24,000 bases of DNA. Origin: Chlamydia trachomatis. GTDB taxonomy: Bacteria > Chlamydiota > Chlamydiia > Chlamydiales > 2-12-FULL-49-11. The DNA is taken from assembly GCA_945877885.1 (NCBI GenBank), contig CAMCSI010000001.1, forward strand, positions 677-24,676, read 5' to 3'. Each line of letters starts with the position of its first letter. The stretch's first letter is position 1. Below are positions 1 through 8,100 of this stretch, piece by piece. The notes under the pieces are model-generated. The model had not been told where the DNA came from and did no database searches. It worked only from the letters and a program-made list of their open reading frames with translations. The translations under genes and the position numbers were made by a program.

Positions 1-368
1 ATAATTCAGGCTATTTTTTTACCCATCTAAAAGGGCTTAACCTTTACCGATATACTTCTCGGCCACTCACTGACTATTATGATCTATCTGAGGAAGACAA
101 TATTCTAAACATAAAACCTATTGCCGGTGGTATGGTTGGAATTAATTTTAACACAGAAATTGGACGGTACCTCTTTGATGCTTGGTATGATTCAGCTATT
201 GCACTTGATCCATGGCTTACCTCCCGTCCTGATCAAAATGTATTAGCAGTACTTGCTTTTTTAATGGATCTTGAACCAACAGATGCTCTTTCAAATGTTT
301 CTTTTGAAAAATGGCGTGACTATCGGTTTAAGCACTCCTTCTACATTGATAGAATAAAAATAAGATAA
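1..368 (+). CDS. 3' end of an unidentified protein; the 5' end lies outside the window
   Basis: Frame 3 is open from base 3 to the TAA at 366-368, and I translated it by hand upstream of the listed 132 start (NSGYFFTHLKGLNLYRYTSRPLTDYYDLSEEDNILNIKPIAGG-MVGINF...). I recognise no family motif. Coding is inferred only from the long open frame running into the window edge. Confidence 0.45.
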   Translation, partial: NSGYFFTHLKGLNLYRYTSRPLTDYYDLSEEDNILNIKPIAGGMVGINFNTEIGRYLFDAWYDSAIALDPWLTSRPDQNVLAVLAFLMDLEPTDALSNVSFEKWRDYRFKHSFYIDRIKIR

Positions 369-384
369 TGATGAGAAAAAAACC

Positions 385-413
385 TTGGATATTAAATAAA
401 ATCACGGTAAAGT
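385..413 (+). promoter_or_regulatory. Candidate sigma70/sigma66-type promoter for mip-trmL
   Basis: TTGGAT (385-390), a 17-nt spacer, then TAAAGT (408-413). It sits about 47 nt upstream of the mip ATG, which has an AAGGAG SD at about 449-454. Hexamers like these arise easily by chance in AT-rich DNA. Confidence 0.3.
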
Positions 414-460
414 AGCTCATAACTCACCTTACGTGGGAGTCTTTACCAAAGGAGTCAACT

Positions 461-1252
461 ATGAGTCGTTCAATTTATTTCTTACTCGGAAACTGTGCAA
501 TACTTTTAAGCGCTCAACTATTTGCGATATCCGTAAAAACAGAAGAGTTACAAAAGTCATCTGTAGAATCTTCCAAAGAATTTACAAACGCTGAAATAAA
601 GTTACTTTCTCAAGCCTATGGCCATTTACTCGGTCAAAGCCTTAATACTCTTGAATTAGATCTTGATAACGGTGAAATTCTTGTTGGTATTCAAAATGCT
701 TTTAATGGAACAGAGTCTCCTTTAGAAGAGTCAAAAACAATAGCGATGATTTCTGCGCTGCAAGAGAAAAAATTTAAAGATGAATGTGATCATAACTTAA
801 AAGCGGCAGAAGCTTTTTTAGCCTCTAATAAAACCAATGATAAAGTGATTGAATTAGAAGCAGGAAAACTCCAATATAAGCAAATTGTTCAAGGAACTGG
901 TGAGGTTTGTAAAGACATTCACACTCCAATTATTACTTATGTAGGTAAGTATCTTGACGGAGAAATTTTTGGCAAAACTACAAAAGAAGAGCCTATTGAG
1001 CTATATGAAACCATTGAAGGTTTTAGAAAGGCGCTTATCGGCATGAAAGTTGGAGAAACAAGAGAGGTCTATATCCATCCTGATATGGGATATGGTACAA
1101 GCTCTAATCTGTCGCCAAATGCACTACTTACTTTTGAAATTGCTTTAAAAGGGCTTGAAGAACGAGCACCTGAACAAGATGATGAGATCTCGAAGGCATT
1201 TCCTGAAGATGTATTTGCAGGAACTTCTCTTAAATATGAAAATGTAAAATAG
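461..1252 (+). CDS. mip: FKBP-type peptidyl-prolyl cis-trans isomerase, Mip-like (macrophage infectivity potentiator family)
   Basis: There is an N-terminal signal peptide (MSRSIYFLLGNCAILLSAQLFA) and a long helical middle region. The C-terminal FKBP domain reads GKLQYKQIVQGTG...ITYVGKYLDGEIFG...EGFRKALIGMKVGETREVYIHPDMGYG...LLTFEIAL. An AAGGAG SD precedes the ATG. The mip-trmL(spoU)-trxA order matches the Chlamydiaceae neighbourhood as I recall it. Confidence 0.85.
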   Translation: MSRSIYFLLGNCAILLSAQLFAISVKTEELQKSSVESSKEFTNAEIKLLSQAYGHLLGQSLNTLELDLDNGEILVGIQNAFNGTESPLEESKTIAMISALQEKKFKDECDHNLKAAEAFLASNKTNDKVIELEAGKLQYKQIVQGTGEVCKDIHTPIITYVGKYLDGEIFGKTTKEEPIELYETIEGFRKALIGMKVGETREVYIHPDMGYGTSSNLSPNALLTFEIALKGLEERAPEQDDEISKAFPEDVFAGTSLKYENVK

Positions 1253-1259
1253 ACTTCTT

Positions 1260-1715
1260 ATGGAAATTATTTTATTCGAGCCTGATATCCCCCAAAATAC
1301 AGGAAATATTATCAGGCTCTCAAAAGCTACAAATTGTAAACTTACACTTGTAGAACCTCTTGGTTTTACCATGACAGCAAAGCAGCTAAAAAGAGCAGGT
1401 CTTGATTACTTTTTAGGTGTAGAGGTAAACAAAGTCCCCTCCTTATTAGATTATCTAAAAGATGACCCGCGTCCTAAGTATTTTTTATCAAGTAAGGCAA
1501 AAACTCCCATATTTTCCGCAGAAATAAAGATAGATGCAGTATTTATTTTTGGCAGCGAGACAAAGGGTCTTCCCCCCTATGCTTTACAAATGTGGGAAAA
1601 GGATTTTTATACTCTTCCCATGCATAAGGACTGCCGATGCCTGAATTTGGCCAATTCTGTTTCCATCACTATTTATGAAGCTCTTCGTCAGCAAGATTTT
1701 GCGTTGATCCGATAG
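1260..1715 (+). CDS. trmL: SpoU/TrmL-family tRNA (cytidine/uridine-2'-O)-methyltransferase
   Basis: The 151-aa product aligns along its length with the TrmL/YibK pattern: IILFEPDIPQNTGNIIRL, LVEPLGF, KRAGLDY, FGSETKGLP, and the SPOUT knot motif LNLANSVSITIYEALRQ. The start is 8 nt after the mip stop, so the two are probably co-transcribed. Confidence 0.85.
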   Translation: MEIILFEPDIPQNTGNIIRLSKATNCKLTLVEPLGFTMTAKQLKRAGLDYFLGVEVNKVPSLLDYLKDDPRPKYFLSSKAKTPIFSAEIKIDAVFIFGSETKGLPPYALQMWEKDFYTLPMHKDCRCLNLANSVSITIYEALRQQDFALIR

Positions 1716-1720
1716 AATTT

Positions 1721-2029
1721 TTATGAATGATCTCGGACTAATTCAAGAATTTCATCTTTATCTTTTAAGCCCACAAACATATCCACCTGCTTGCCGTCTT
1801 TGAACAAAAGAACCGTTGGGATAGAGGAAACATCAAATCTTGAAGCAAGCTCTTTATTATGATCCACATCCACAGAATAAACAATCACCCCTTCTTCAGC
1901 TACCTCTTCTAAAATGGGCTTTAGTCTTTTACATGGACCGCACCAGTGGGCGTGAAAATCTATTATAACCACTTTTTTTGAACTTACTGCTTTATCAAAA
2001 TCCTTTTCATGCAATTCTTTAACGCTCAT
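1721..2029 (-). CDS. trxA: Thioredoxin
   Basis: The product is 102 aa with the active site WCGPCK and a typical thioredoxin fold pattern (VIIDFHAHWCGPCKRLKPILEE...IPTVLLFKDGK). An AAGGAG SD lies 9 nt upstream of the ATG. Confidence 0.9.
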   Translation of the reverse strand: MSVKELHEKDFDKAVSSKKVVIIDFHAHWCGPCKRLKPILEEVAEEGVIVYSVDVDHNKELASRFDVSSIPTVLLFKDGKQVDMFVGLKDKDEILELVRDHS

Positions 2030-2046
2030 GTTTTTTTTCTCCTTTT

Positions 2047-3402
2047 TTATTTTTTATGGGTATCGATTAATAATTGAATAGCCCTTTGAATTTCTACTAA
2101 AAAAATTTCTCTAGCTAATTTTCTATCCTTTACCTCTTTAAGTATCGTAGAAAAATAAATTGGAGGACCAAAAGCAAGAACAAGAGGGGTAAAAAGTTTA
2201 GGAAATTTTTTATCTTTTGGAAGGGCTTCTTTAGGACCAATCACTGCAGCAGGAATAACTTTGGCATTGCCTTTATCCGCAAATAAGGCAAGCCCCTTCC
2301 TTAACTCTTGAACCTTACCATCATTTCCTCTGGTCCCTTCAGGAAAAATTAACACCTTTTCCCCCTTTAATAACAAAGAGACCACTTTTTTCATTATCTC
2401 TTTATCTGATGAAGTTCCACTTACAGGGTAAGAGTTAATTTTTGTTAACCACCAGTTCATCAAAGGATTTGCAAAGAGGGCCTTTTTCCCAAGAGAATAA
2501 ATTACCTCATGGCAAGAAACTCCAATCATGGGAGGGTCTAAAAAAGATAGGTGGTTGCAGGCAATAATTGCTGGAGAGTTGATTTTATAGTGCTCTCTTC
2601 CGTAAACGTTAAAACGGTGAAATAACTTAAAATAAAGGGTAAAAAACCATTTCGTGAGCATATACACTATAGAGCACTTTTTTCCTTTATAGCGAAAAAA
2701 ATACCTTTCATGATCAGAGTGATGGTAATGGAGTGTTTTGATCTTCTTTGAAAGTAAATTCACCATACAATTAATACTTAAATTCGTTGTATCAATTCTT
2801 GTAGCCCCTTCAGGACAAATTAATGGAGAGAGCTTTCTAGCCTTATCCCTTTGATCTCTCTCTTTTATATCATTTTCAATATCTTTTACTGAAAGTTCTT
2901 TATAACCCTGTTTAGATTTAAGATCCAAAAAACGTCTTCGTGCTCTTACAATAGGATCGGCGTCTAAGTAAAATTTCGCATCTGCCTGAGGGAAAACAAC
3001 AGAGCCAGTATCTCTGCCCTCAATAACGATGTTATCACCCTCAGCAAGAGTGCGCTGCAAATCTGTTGCAAAGTCTCTGATAAAATCTTTTACGGACAAT
3101 TTAGAGGATAATTCAGAAATATCCCTTTCACGAATTTTTAATGTAACATCCTGATCACAAACAAAATGAGTTTTATGCCTAGCTCTACCTTTAAAATAGT
3201 AAGAAAAATCTAACAAAGCTTCTTTTTGCTCTTCATCGCTTTTGTCTAAAAGATTCTTCTCCTTCAAGTATAAAGCAATCGATCTGTAAATAGCGCCTGT
3301 ATCTAAATGAGTAAATCCAAGCTTTTTAGCTAACTTTTTAGCTAATGTAGACTTTCCTGATGCCGAAGGACCATCGATTGTTATTTTTATCCACTTTTTC
3401 AT
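2047..3402 (-). CDS. cmk/plsC: Bifunctional fusion of cytidylate kinase (N-terminal) and 1-acyl-sn-glycerol-3-phosphate acyltransferase (C-terminal)
   Basis: It is a single uninterrupted 451-codon ORF. Residues 1 to about 225 look like Cmk (P-loop IDGPSASGKST, LDTGAIYR, IEGRDTGSVVFP, DADPIVRARRR, ERDQRD). Residues about 240-451 look like PlsC/LPLAT (hydrophobic segment, HX4D motif NHLSFLDP, FPEGTR, and a proline-rich C-terminal block). Confidence 0.85.
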   Translation of the reverse strand: MKKWIKITIDGPSASGKSTLAKKLAKKLGFTHLDTGAIYRSIALYLKEKNLLDKSDEEQKEALLDFSYYFKGRARHKTHFVCDQDVTLKIRERDISELSSKLSVKDFIRDFATDLQRTLAEGDNIVIEGRDTGSVVFPQADAKFYLDADPIVRARRRFLDLKSKQGYKELSVKDIENDIKERDQRDKARKLSPLICPEGATRIDTTNLSINCMVNLLSKKIKTLHYHHSDHERYFFRYKGKKCSIVYMLTKWFFTLYFKLFHRFNVYGREHYKINSPAIIACNHLSFLDPPMIGVSCHEVIYSLGKKALFANPLMNWWLTKINSYPVSGTSSDKEIMKKVVSLLLKGEKVLIFPEGTRGNDGKVQELRKGLALFADKGNAKVIPAAVIGPKEALPKDKKFPKLFTPLVLAFGPPIYFSTILKEVKDRKLAREIFLVEIQRAIQLLIDTHKK

Positions 3403-3406
3403 AAAC

Positions 3407-4270
3407 TCACATATTTTTTATAAAAATATAGACAACTGGCGCTGTAAATAACAGTGAGTCAAGATTATCTAACACACCACCAACTCCAGGGATAGCACTA
3501 CTATCTTTAACTTTTGCATCTCTTTTTAATAAGGATTCTGCAAGATCCCCTATTTGAGCAAGCACCCCAATTAAGCCCCCTAAAATTAACGCCTGAAGCA
3601 AAGATATAGAAAAATGTAAATTAGGAAATGCTGAAGAAATCACATAAAACACAAAGCTCATGGAAAGAGCAAAAATGAAACCAGCAATCGATCCCACTAA
3701 TGTTTTCCCTGGGCTAATATAAGGAGCTAATTTACTTTTTCCCCATTTAGTTCCTATTAAATATCCACCAATATCAGTTATTTTAGTCACAATCAGCAGA
3801 TAAGCAAGCCACATTCTTCCATTAATTACCGCATCTGAGACAGATTCAGGATAAAGAATTCGTACCATTAAACTAAGGGGTACAAGAATATAAACAATAC
3901 CAAAAAAACAGGTGGAGATGTGGATGATCGCCTCCTCTACTTTTGCAAAATGGTAAAGAAAAATAGTGAAAAGAAATAAACCAAACATAAGCTGATTTAC
4001 CCCTGTAACTTTATAGTTCAACATTTGTAGGTAGTTAGAAAAAATCAAAATTACTGTAAAGGAAGCAAGTAGAGCAAAGGGAAGCTGAATGGATTTTGTT
4101 TTTAAAAACTCTACATATTCCCAAATAGCTAATACGCCAGTTACCGCAACAATAAGCATGACCAATACTTGCATGATAGGATGTTGAGAAAAGAAGATAA
4201 TTAAGGTCAATAAAGTGATAGCACACGTAGATATTAACAATCTATTTTTTAAATCTGCAAATTTTTCCAT
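3407..4270 (-). CDS. cdsA: Phosphatidate cytidylyltransferase (CDP-diacylglycerol synthase)
   Basis: The product is a polytopic membrane protein of 287 aa. It carries a C-terminal CdsA-type signature, SLLKRDAKVKDSSAIPGVGGVLDNLDS, which deviates from the canonical form (see findings). It sits between uppS and cmk/plsC, as cdsA does in Chlamydiaceae. Confidence 0.8.
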   Translation of the reverse strand: MEKFADLKNRLLISTCAITLLTLIIFFSQHPIMQVLVMLIVAVTGVLAIWEYVEFLKTKSIQLPFALLASFTVILIFSNYLQMLNYKVTGVNQLMFGLFLFTIFLYHFAKVEEAIIHISTCFFGIVYILVPLSLMVRILYPESVSDAVINGRMWLAYLLIVTKITDIGGYLIGTKWGKSKLAPYISPGKTLVGSIAGFIFALSMSFVFYVISSAFPNLHFSISLLQALILGGLIGVLAQIGDLAESLLKRDAKVKDSSAIPGVGGVLDNLDSLLFTAPVVYIFIKNM

Positions 4271-4273
4271 TTT

Positions 4274-5050
4274 CTACACCCCTAACCTCTTTTTTCTATT
4301 TTGATAAGAACTGATCGCTTCTTTAAAATTTTCTACTGTAAATTCAGGCCACAATGTTTTAGCAATATAAATCTCTGTATAGGAAATTTGCCAAAGCAAA
4401 AAGTTGCTTAAGCGCTGCTCGCCACTTGTTCTAATCAACAAATCTGGATCGGACCAATCTTTTGTGTATAGATATTTTCCGATCAAGCTTTCGTTTATAT
4501 CTTCCCTCTCTATTTTATTATCTACCACATCTTTTGTGATCGCTTTTACCGCCCTTGTCATGTCATCTCTTCCCCCATAATTTATGGCAAGGATCAGTTC
4601 TAAACAATTTCCATCTTTAGTGGCATTTTTTACATCAAAGAGTAACGTTTTTAAACTAAGTGGCAAAGGGCTTAGATCCCCAATAGTTGAAAGTTTTATT
4701 CCATTTTCCATTAAAAGTGGCCTCATCTTTGTCAAATAGAGCTCAAAAATATGAAATAGCGATTGTATCTCTGGATCACTTCTGAGCCAATTTTCAGTAG
4801 AAAAGGCAAACACAGTTAAAATTTTAACCCCAAGACCCACAGCAGCTTCAGTAATTTTTAAAAGATTTTTTGCCCCAGCAATATGACCTTCTTCCACATT
4901 AATACTTTCTTTTTTTGCATAGCGTCTATTTCCATCCATAATAATGGCTACATGCTTTGGTATCAAAAGCAGGGGCTTTACCTCTTCTTGTGCTGCATTA
5001 GATAGAGTTTGAGTCATGATTTCCTTAAAAACTTCTCGCAATCTTATCAA
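4274..5050 (-). CDS. uppS: Undecaprenyl diphosphate synthase (cis-prenyltransferase)
   Basis: Motifs present are HVAIIMDGNRRYAKK, FAFSTENWLRS and IRTSGEQRLSNFLLWQISYTE. The start is ambiguous. The longest ORF begins at 5050, but the ATG at 5017 (MTQTLS...) is directly preceded by AAGGAA and may be the real start. Confidence 0.88.
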   Translation of the reverse strand: MIRLREVFKEIMTQTLSNAAQEEVKPLLLIPKHVAIIMDGNRRYAKKESINVEEGHIAGAKNLLKITEAAVGLGVKILTVFAFSTENWLRSDPEIQSLFHIFELYLTKMRPLLMENGIKLSTIGDLSPLPLSLKTLLFDVKNATKDGNCLELILAINYGGRDDMTRAVKAITKDVVDNKIEREDINESLIGKYLYTKDWSDPDLLIRTSGEQRLSNFLLWQISYTEIYIAKTLWPEFTVENFKEAISSYQNRKKRLGV

Positions 5051-5101
5051 GAGGAGATATTCTTTACTAGAATATTCTCTAATAAAAGGGCATTTCCCTC
5101 A

Positions 5102-5130
5102 TTGACATTTGCCGAAAAATCGAATAAACT
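5102..5130 (+). promoter_or_regulatory. Candidate promoter for secDF
   Basis: TTGACA (5102-5107), a 17-nt spacer, then TAAACT (5125-5130). It lies about 35 nt upstream of the ATG at 5165, which has an AAGGAA SD at about 5152-5157. Confidence 0.35.
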
Positions 5131-5141
5131 CTTTCTTTTAT

Positions 5142-5170
5142 ATTATAATTTAAGGAAATCCACTATGCAA
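5142..5170 (-). promoter_or_regulatory. Candidate promoter for the uppS-cdsA-cmk/plsC-trxA operon
   Basis: The minus strand reads TTGCAT (complement of 5165-5170), a 17-nt spacer, then TATAAT (complement of 5142-5147). The -35 hexamer overlaps the secDF start codon on the other strand. Confidence 0.35.
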
Positions 5171-8100
5171 GCTAGAGAGAAACGAAATGCCCTATTTGTA
5201 ATTCTTGCCGTATCTGCCCTCACCCTTTACAATATTTTACCCACCATATTTTTTTACAGTAATGATTTAAAAGCGCCAATTACTTTGGAAAAATCTACTC
5301 AAATTGCAAAATCTATTGGGGAAAGAGTCAATAATTTAGAGGGTGAATCGATCGCCTGGATTAATTCTTATTGTAAATTATTGCATATCAAGGCTTCAAA
5401 AATTTCCTTGAGAGAATCTTCTCCAGACTTGATAGAGATTACATTTAAGACAGAAAAAGAAGCACGCATGTTTAAAAATCATATGCTAAGAGCAAATGAG
5501 CTCATCTCGTTTTTTCCAAAACGAATGACCCCTGTTTCTAATGACGATATGAAAAACATTTTAAATGAGTCATATAATCCTAAAATTGTGACACTTTCTA
5601 GAGAAATTCCCCTACATTTTGATCTAAATAAAATGGAAAAATATTTTTCATTTGTAGAAATGTATGATAAAGATGGATTGGTTACCCCTGCTTACAGAGA
5701 GGTGCTAGATGATCGAGTAACAGGGATTTGCAAAGGAGTTCTCTCTGAATCCTCTACTGCGGCAAATATAGAAAAAGCTCAGGGTCTTTATTCAAAAGAG
5801 CAAAAAGTCCCTTTCTTTATGGCAGTTGCTGAATCCATCCTTAATTATAAGACAATTTTTGAAAACAATCCTGCACTTTTAAAGAAGTTTTATGGATCAA
5901 TGTTTAACTCCCCATCATCTTCAAAAAGTGATTTGTACAACCTTTGTCTTCAAGGGTTTCAACTGAGTCTTGATTCTCTTATCGAAGCAAAAGTTCTTTT
6001 AAAAGAGGAAATCAAAAAAGGGGGAATGGATGAAAATGATCAAACTCTTGCAGAAATTTCTTCTCTTGGCGCACTCTCTAAAAAAGAGACCACCCTTCTA
6101 GATGTAATAACTATTTTAAAGGCCAAGAAAAGCACCTTTATTTCAAAAAATCCTGAAGTTGCAAGTTATGACCTAAGCTCTGAAGTGACTAATAAAAAAA
6201 TTGAAGGAGCCAAAAATTATACCCTGTCCACAGGGGATTTAAATCCCGTTATCTCTTCTATTTTTGTGGATTATAAGGAAGGTACGGTATCTATTGAAAT
6301 TCTAAAGGAACTATTAGACTTTACAGCTACTGCCACAGCTGTACAACAGCGAAAAATAAATCAACTTGTTTTTGATGAAATTGCCAAAGTCAAAAATCTT
6401 TCGGGTGAAGAGATCCAAAAGTCTGGCCTCACTTTTTCTATCAATTTATCAGGGGAAAAGGGAGCAAAAAGCTTTCTTCAATTTAATTTAAAAGAAGTGG
6501 CTGCAGAAAAAATCAGTTCATTGAAAACAAACCTTGAAACTTTTTGGGATAGATCTTCAGAAACTCTTTCAAAAGAAAATTATAAGATTTTTGATTGGAA
6601 CGGCTATAAGGCCCTTGAAGAACAAGATAAACATTTTACCCTCACCTTCTACTCCCCGCTTCTTGATGGTAAAAACTCTGTAAAAGGGTTTAAAAATGGA
6701 TCTATTTATATCATCGGAAAAGATATTCTCAGCTTGTACAATAAAATCTCTCAGGAAGGTTTTTCTGAGGAAAACTCTAAAATTCATGAGGATCTTAGCG
6801 CCTTAAATTCCCTTATTGGAAACGCCGGTGTAACCACCTATCCTGGTAATGTCTATCCATTTGGAAAAGAGTTCAAAGATGACATCATTTTTGAGGTAAC
6901 AAATTTTTATGAATCACTATTATCAGCTACAAGAGAAGATTGGAAAGTCATGGGATCTGGAAAATTGGCCACCCTTGCCTTTTCTGATGTAAGAAATAGA
7001 ATTCTTGCAGTAAATAATATTGAAAATAAAGAACATGCAGATTTACTCAAGTGGAATGATGATTATCATAGGGCAAGAGCAAATCCAGAGGCCGAAGGGC
7101 ATATGAGCATTCCTGCTCCTACTAAAAGTCCGTTTTTCAGCAATCTTGCCCTATCTACTTCAAAATATTTCCGTGGCGATGAGCGAAAGATCTTACATTG
7201 GGGCCTTGATATGGCTGGGGGTACAGCTGTTCGTTTAGCATTAAAGGATAAGCAAAATAAAGCAGTAAAAAATGAAGCTGATATCAATCAAGGGATCAAT
7301 GAACTCTATCGAAGAGTGAATAAAATGGGTGTTTCAGATGTTGCCATTCGAAAAGAAGGTTCATTTATCACGATGGATTTCCCTGCAACACAAAGTCTTT
7401 CTGCCTCTGAGCTGATCTCTTCTTCTTCCATGACATTTCATATCGTTAATGAGAAGTTTTCTATGCATAATGAAAAAATTAGACTCTCTGTAAACAGATT
7501 CTTGCAAGAGGTTTGGAATGAGGCAGTAGTAAGGGGAAAGACAGATGCAGAAAGTATTCATCAAATAGCATTTATTCATCTTTATGGCGATGAAGCATTA
7601 GAAGCAGATGGGATAGCCCGAAGTGATTCAGGCCGAGTGTTACTCGAAAATGGATTAAGACTTGCTCATCCAAATGCTGAAATCAGTTCAGATTTTAACG
7701 ACGAAATTTCAAAAATTGCAGTGATGGATGGCGATGGCTATGCAGATTGGAATGGAATGGCCCATCCACTTGTGTTTGTTTTCAATAACTACGCTTTAGA
7801 GGGATCTTCATTAAATAGTATTACTTCAGGCTATGACCCATCTTCAGGTAATTACTTATCTTTTTCTGTAAATTCTGAAGCATCTGGTGAAAAGGGTGTT
7901 AAGGTAGACCCAAGAAACGTTCTCTATACATGGACATCAGTTTTTTCAACATCGCAAATGAGCGATACAAAATATTCTGAATACACAGGTGGTGGAGGGT
8001 GGAGATTATCAGCCATTTTAAATGGCAGAATCATTTCTATGCCTAGATTAAATGATGCTTTAAAAGATAATGGACGTATATCAGGCTCTTTTACACAAAA

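Noticed and set aside
461-520. Lipoprotein lipobox in Mip (LLGNC) by analogy with chlamydial Mip lipoproteins
   Set aside because: Asn at the -1 position does not fit the L-[AS]-[GA]-C lipobox. A type I signal-peptidase site after LFA is at least as likely, so I make no lipoprotein claim.
1145-1372. Other short shadow ORFs: 1145-1372(-), 4035-4226(-), 10379-10585(-) and 22484-22672(-)
   Set aside because: Each is antisense to, or (4035-4226, inside cdsA) out of frame with, a well-supported gene (mip/trmL, cdsA, recJ and the 22161 ORF). None has an SD or a recognisable motif.
5009-5164. 52-codon N-terminal extension of the secDF ORF as listed in the track (start at 5009)
   Set aside because: The extension overlaps the 5' end of uppS on the opposite strand and runs through the divergent promoter region. 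The internal ATG at 5165 has an AAGGAA SD and is immediately followed by the expected SecD TM1. I therefore call the gene from 5165.
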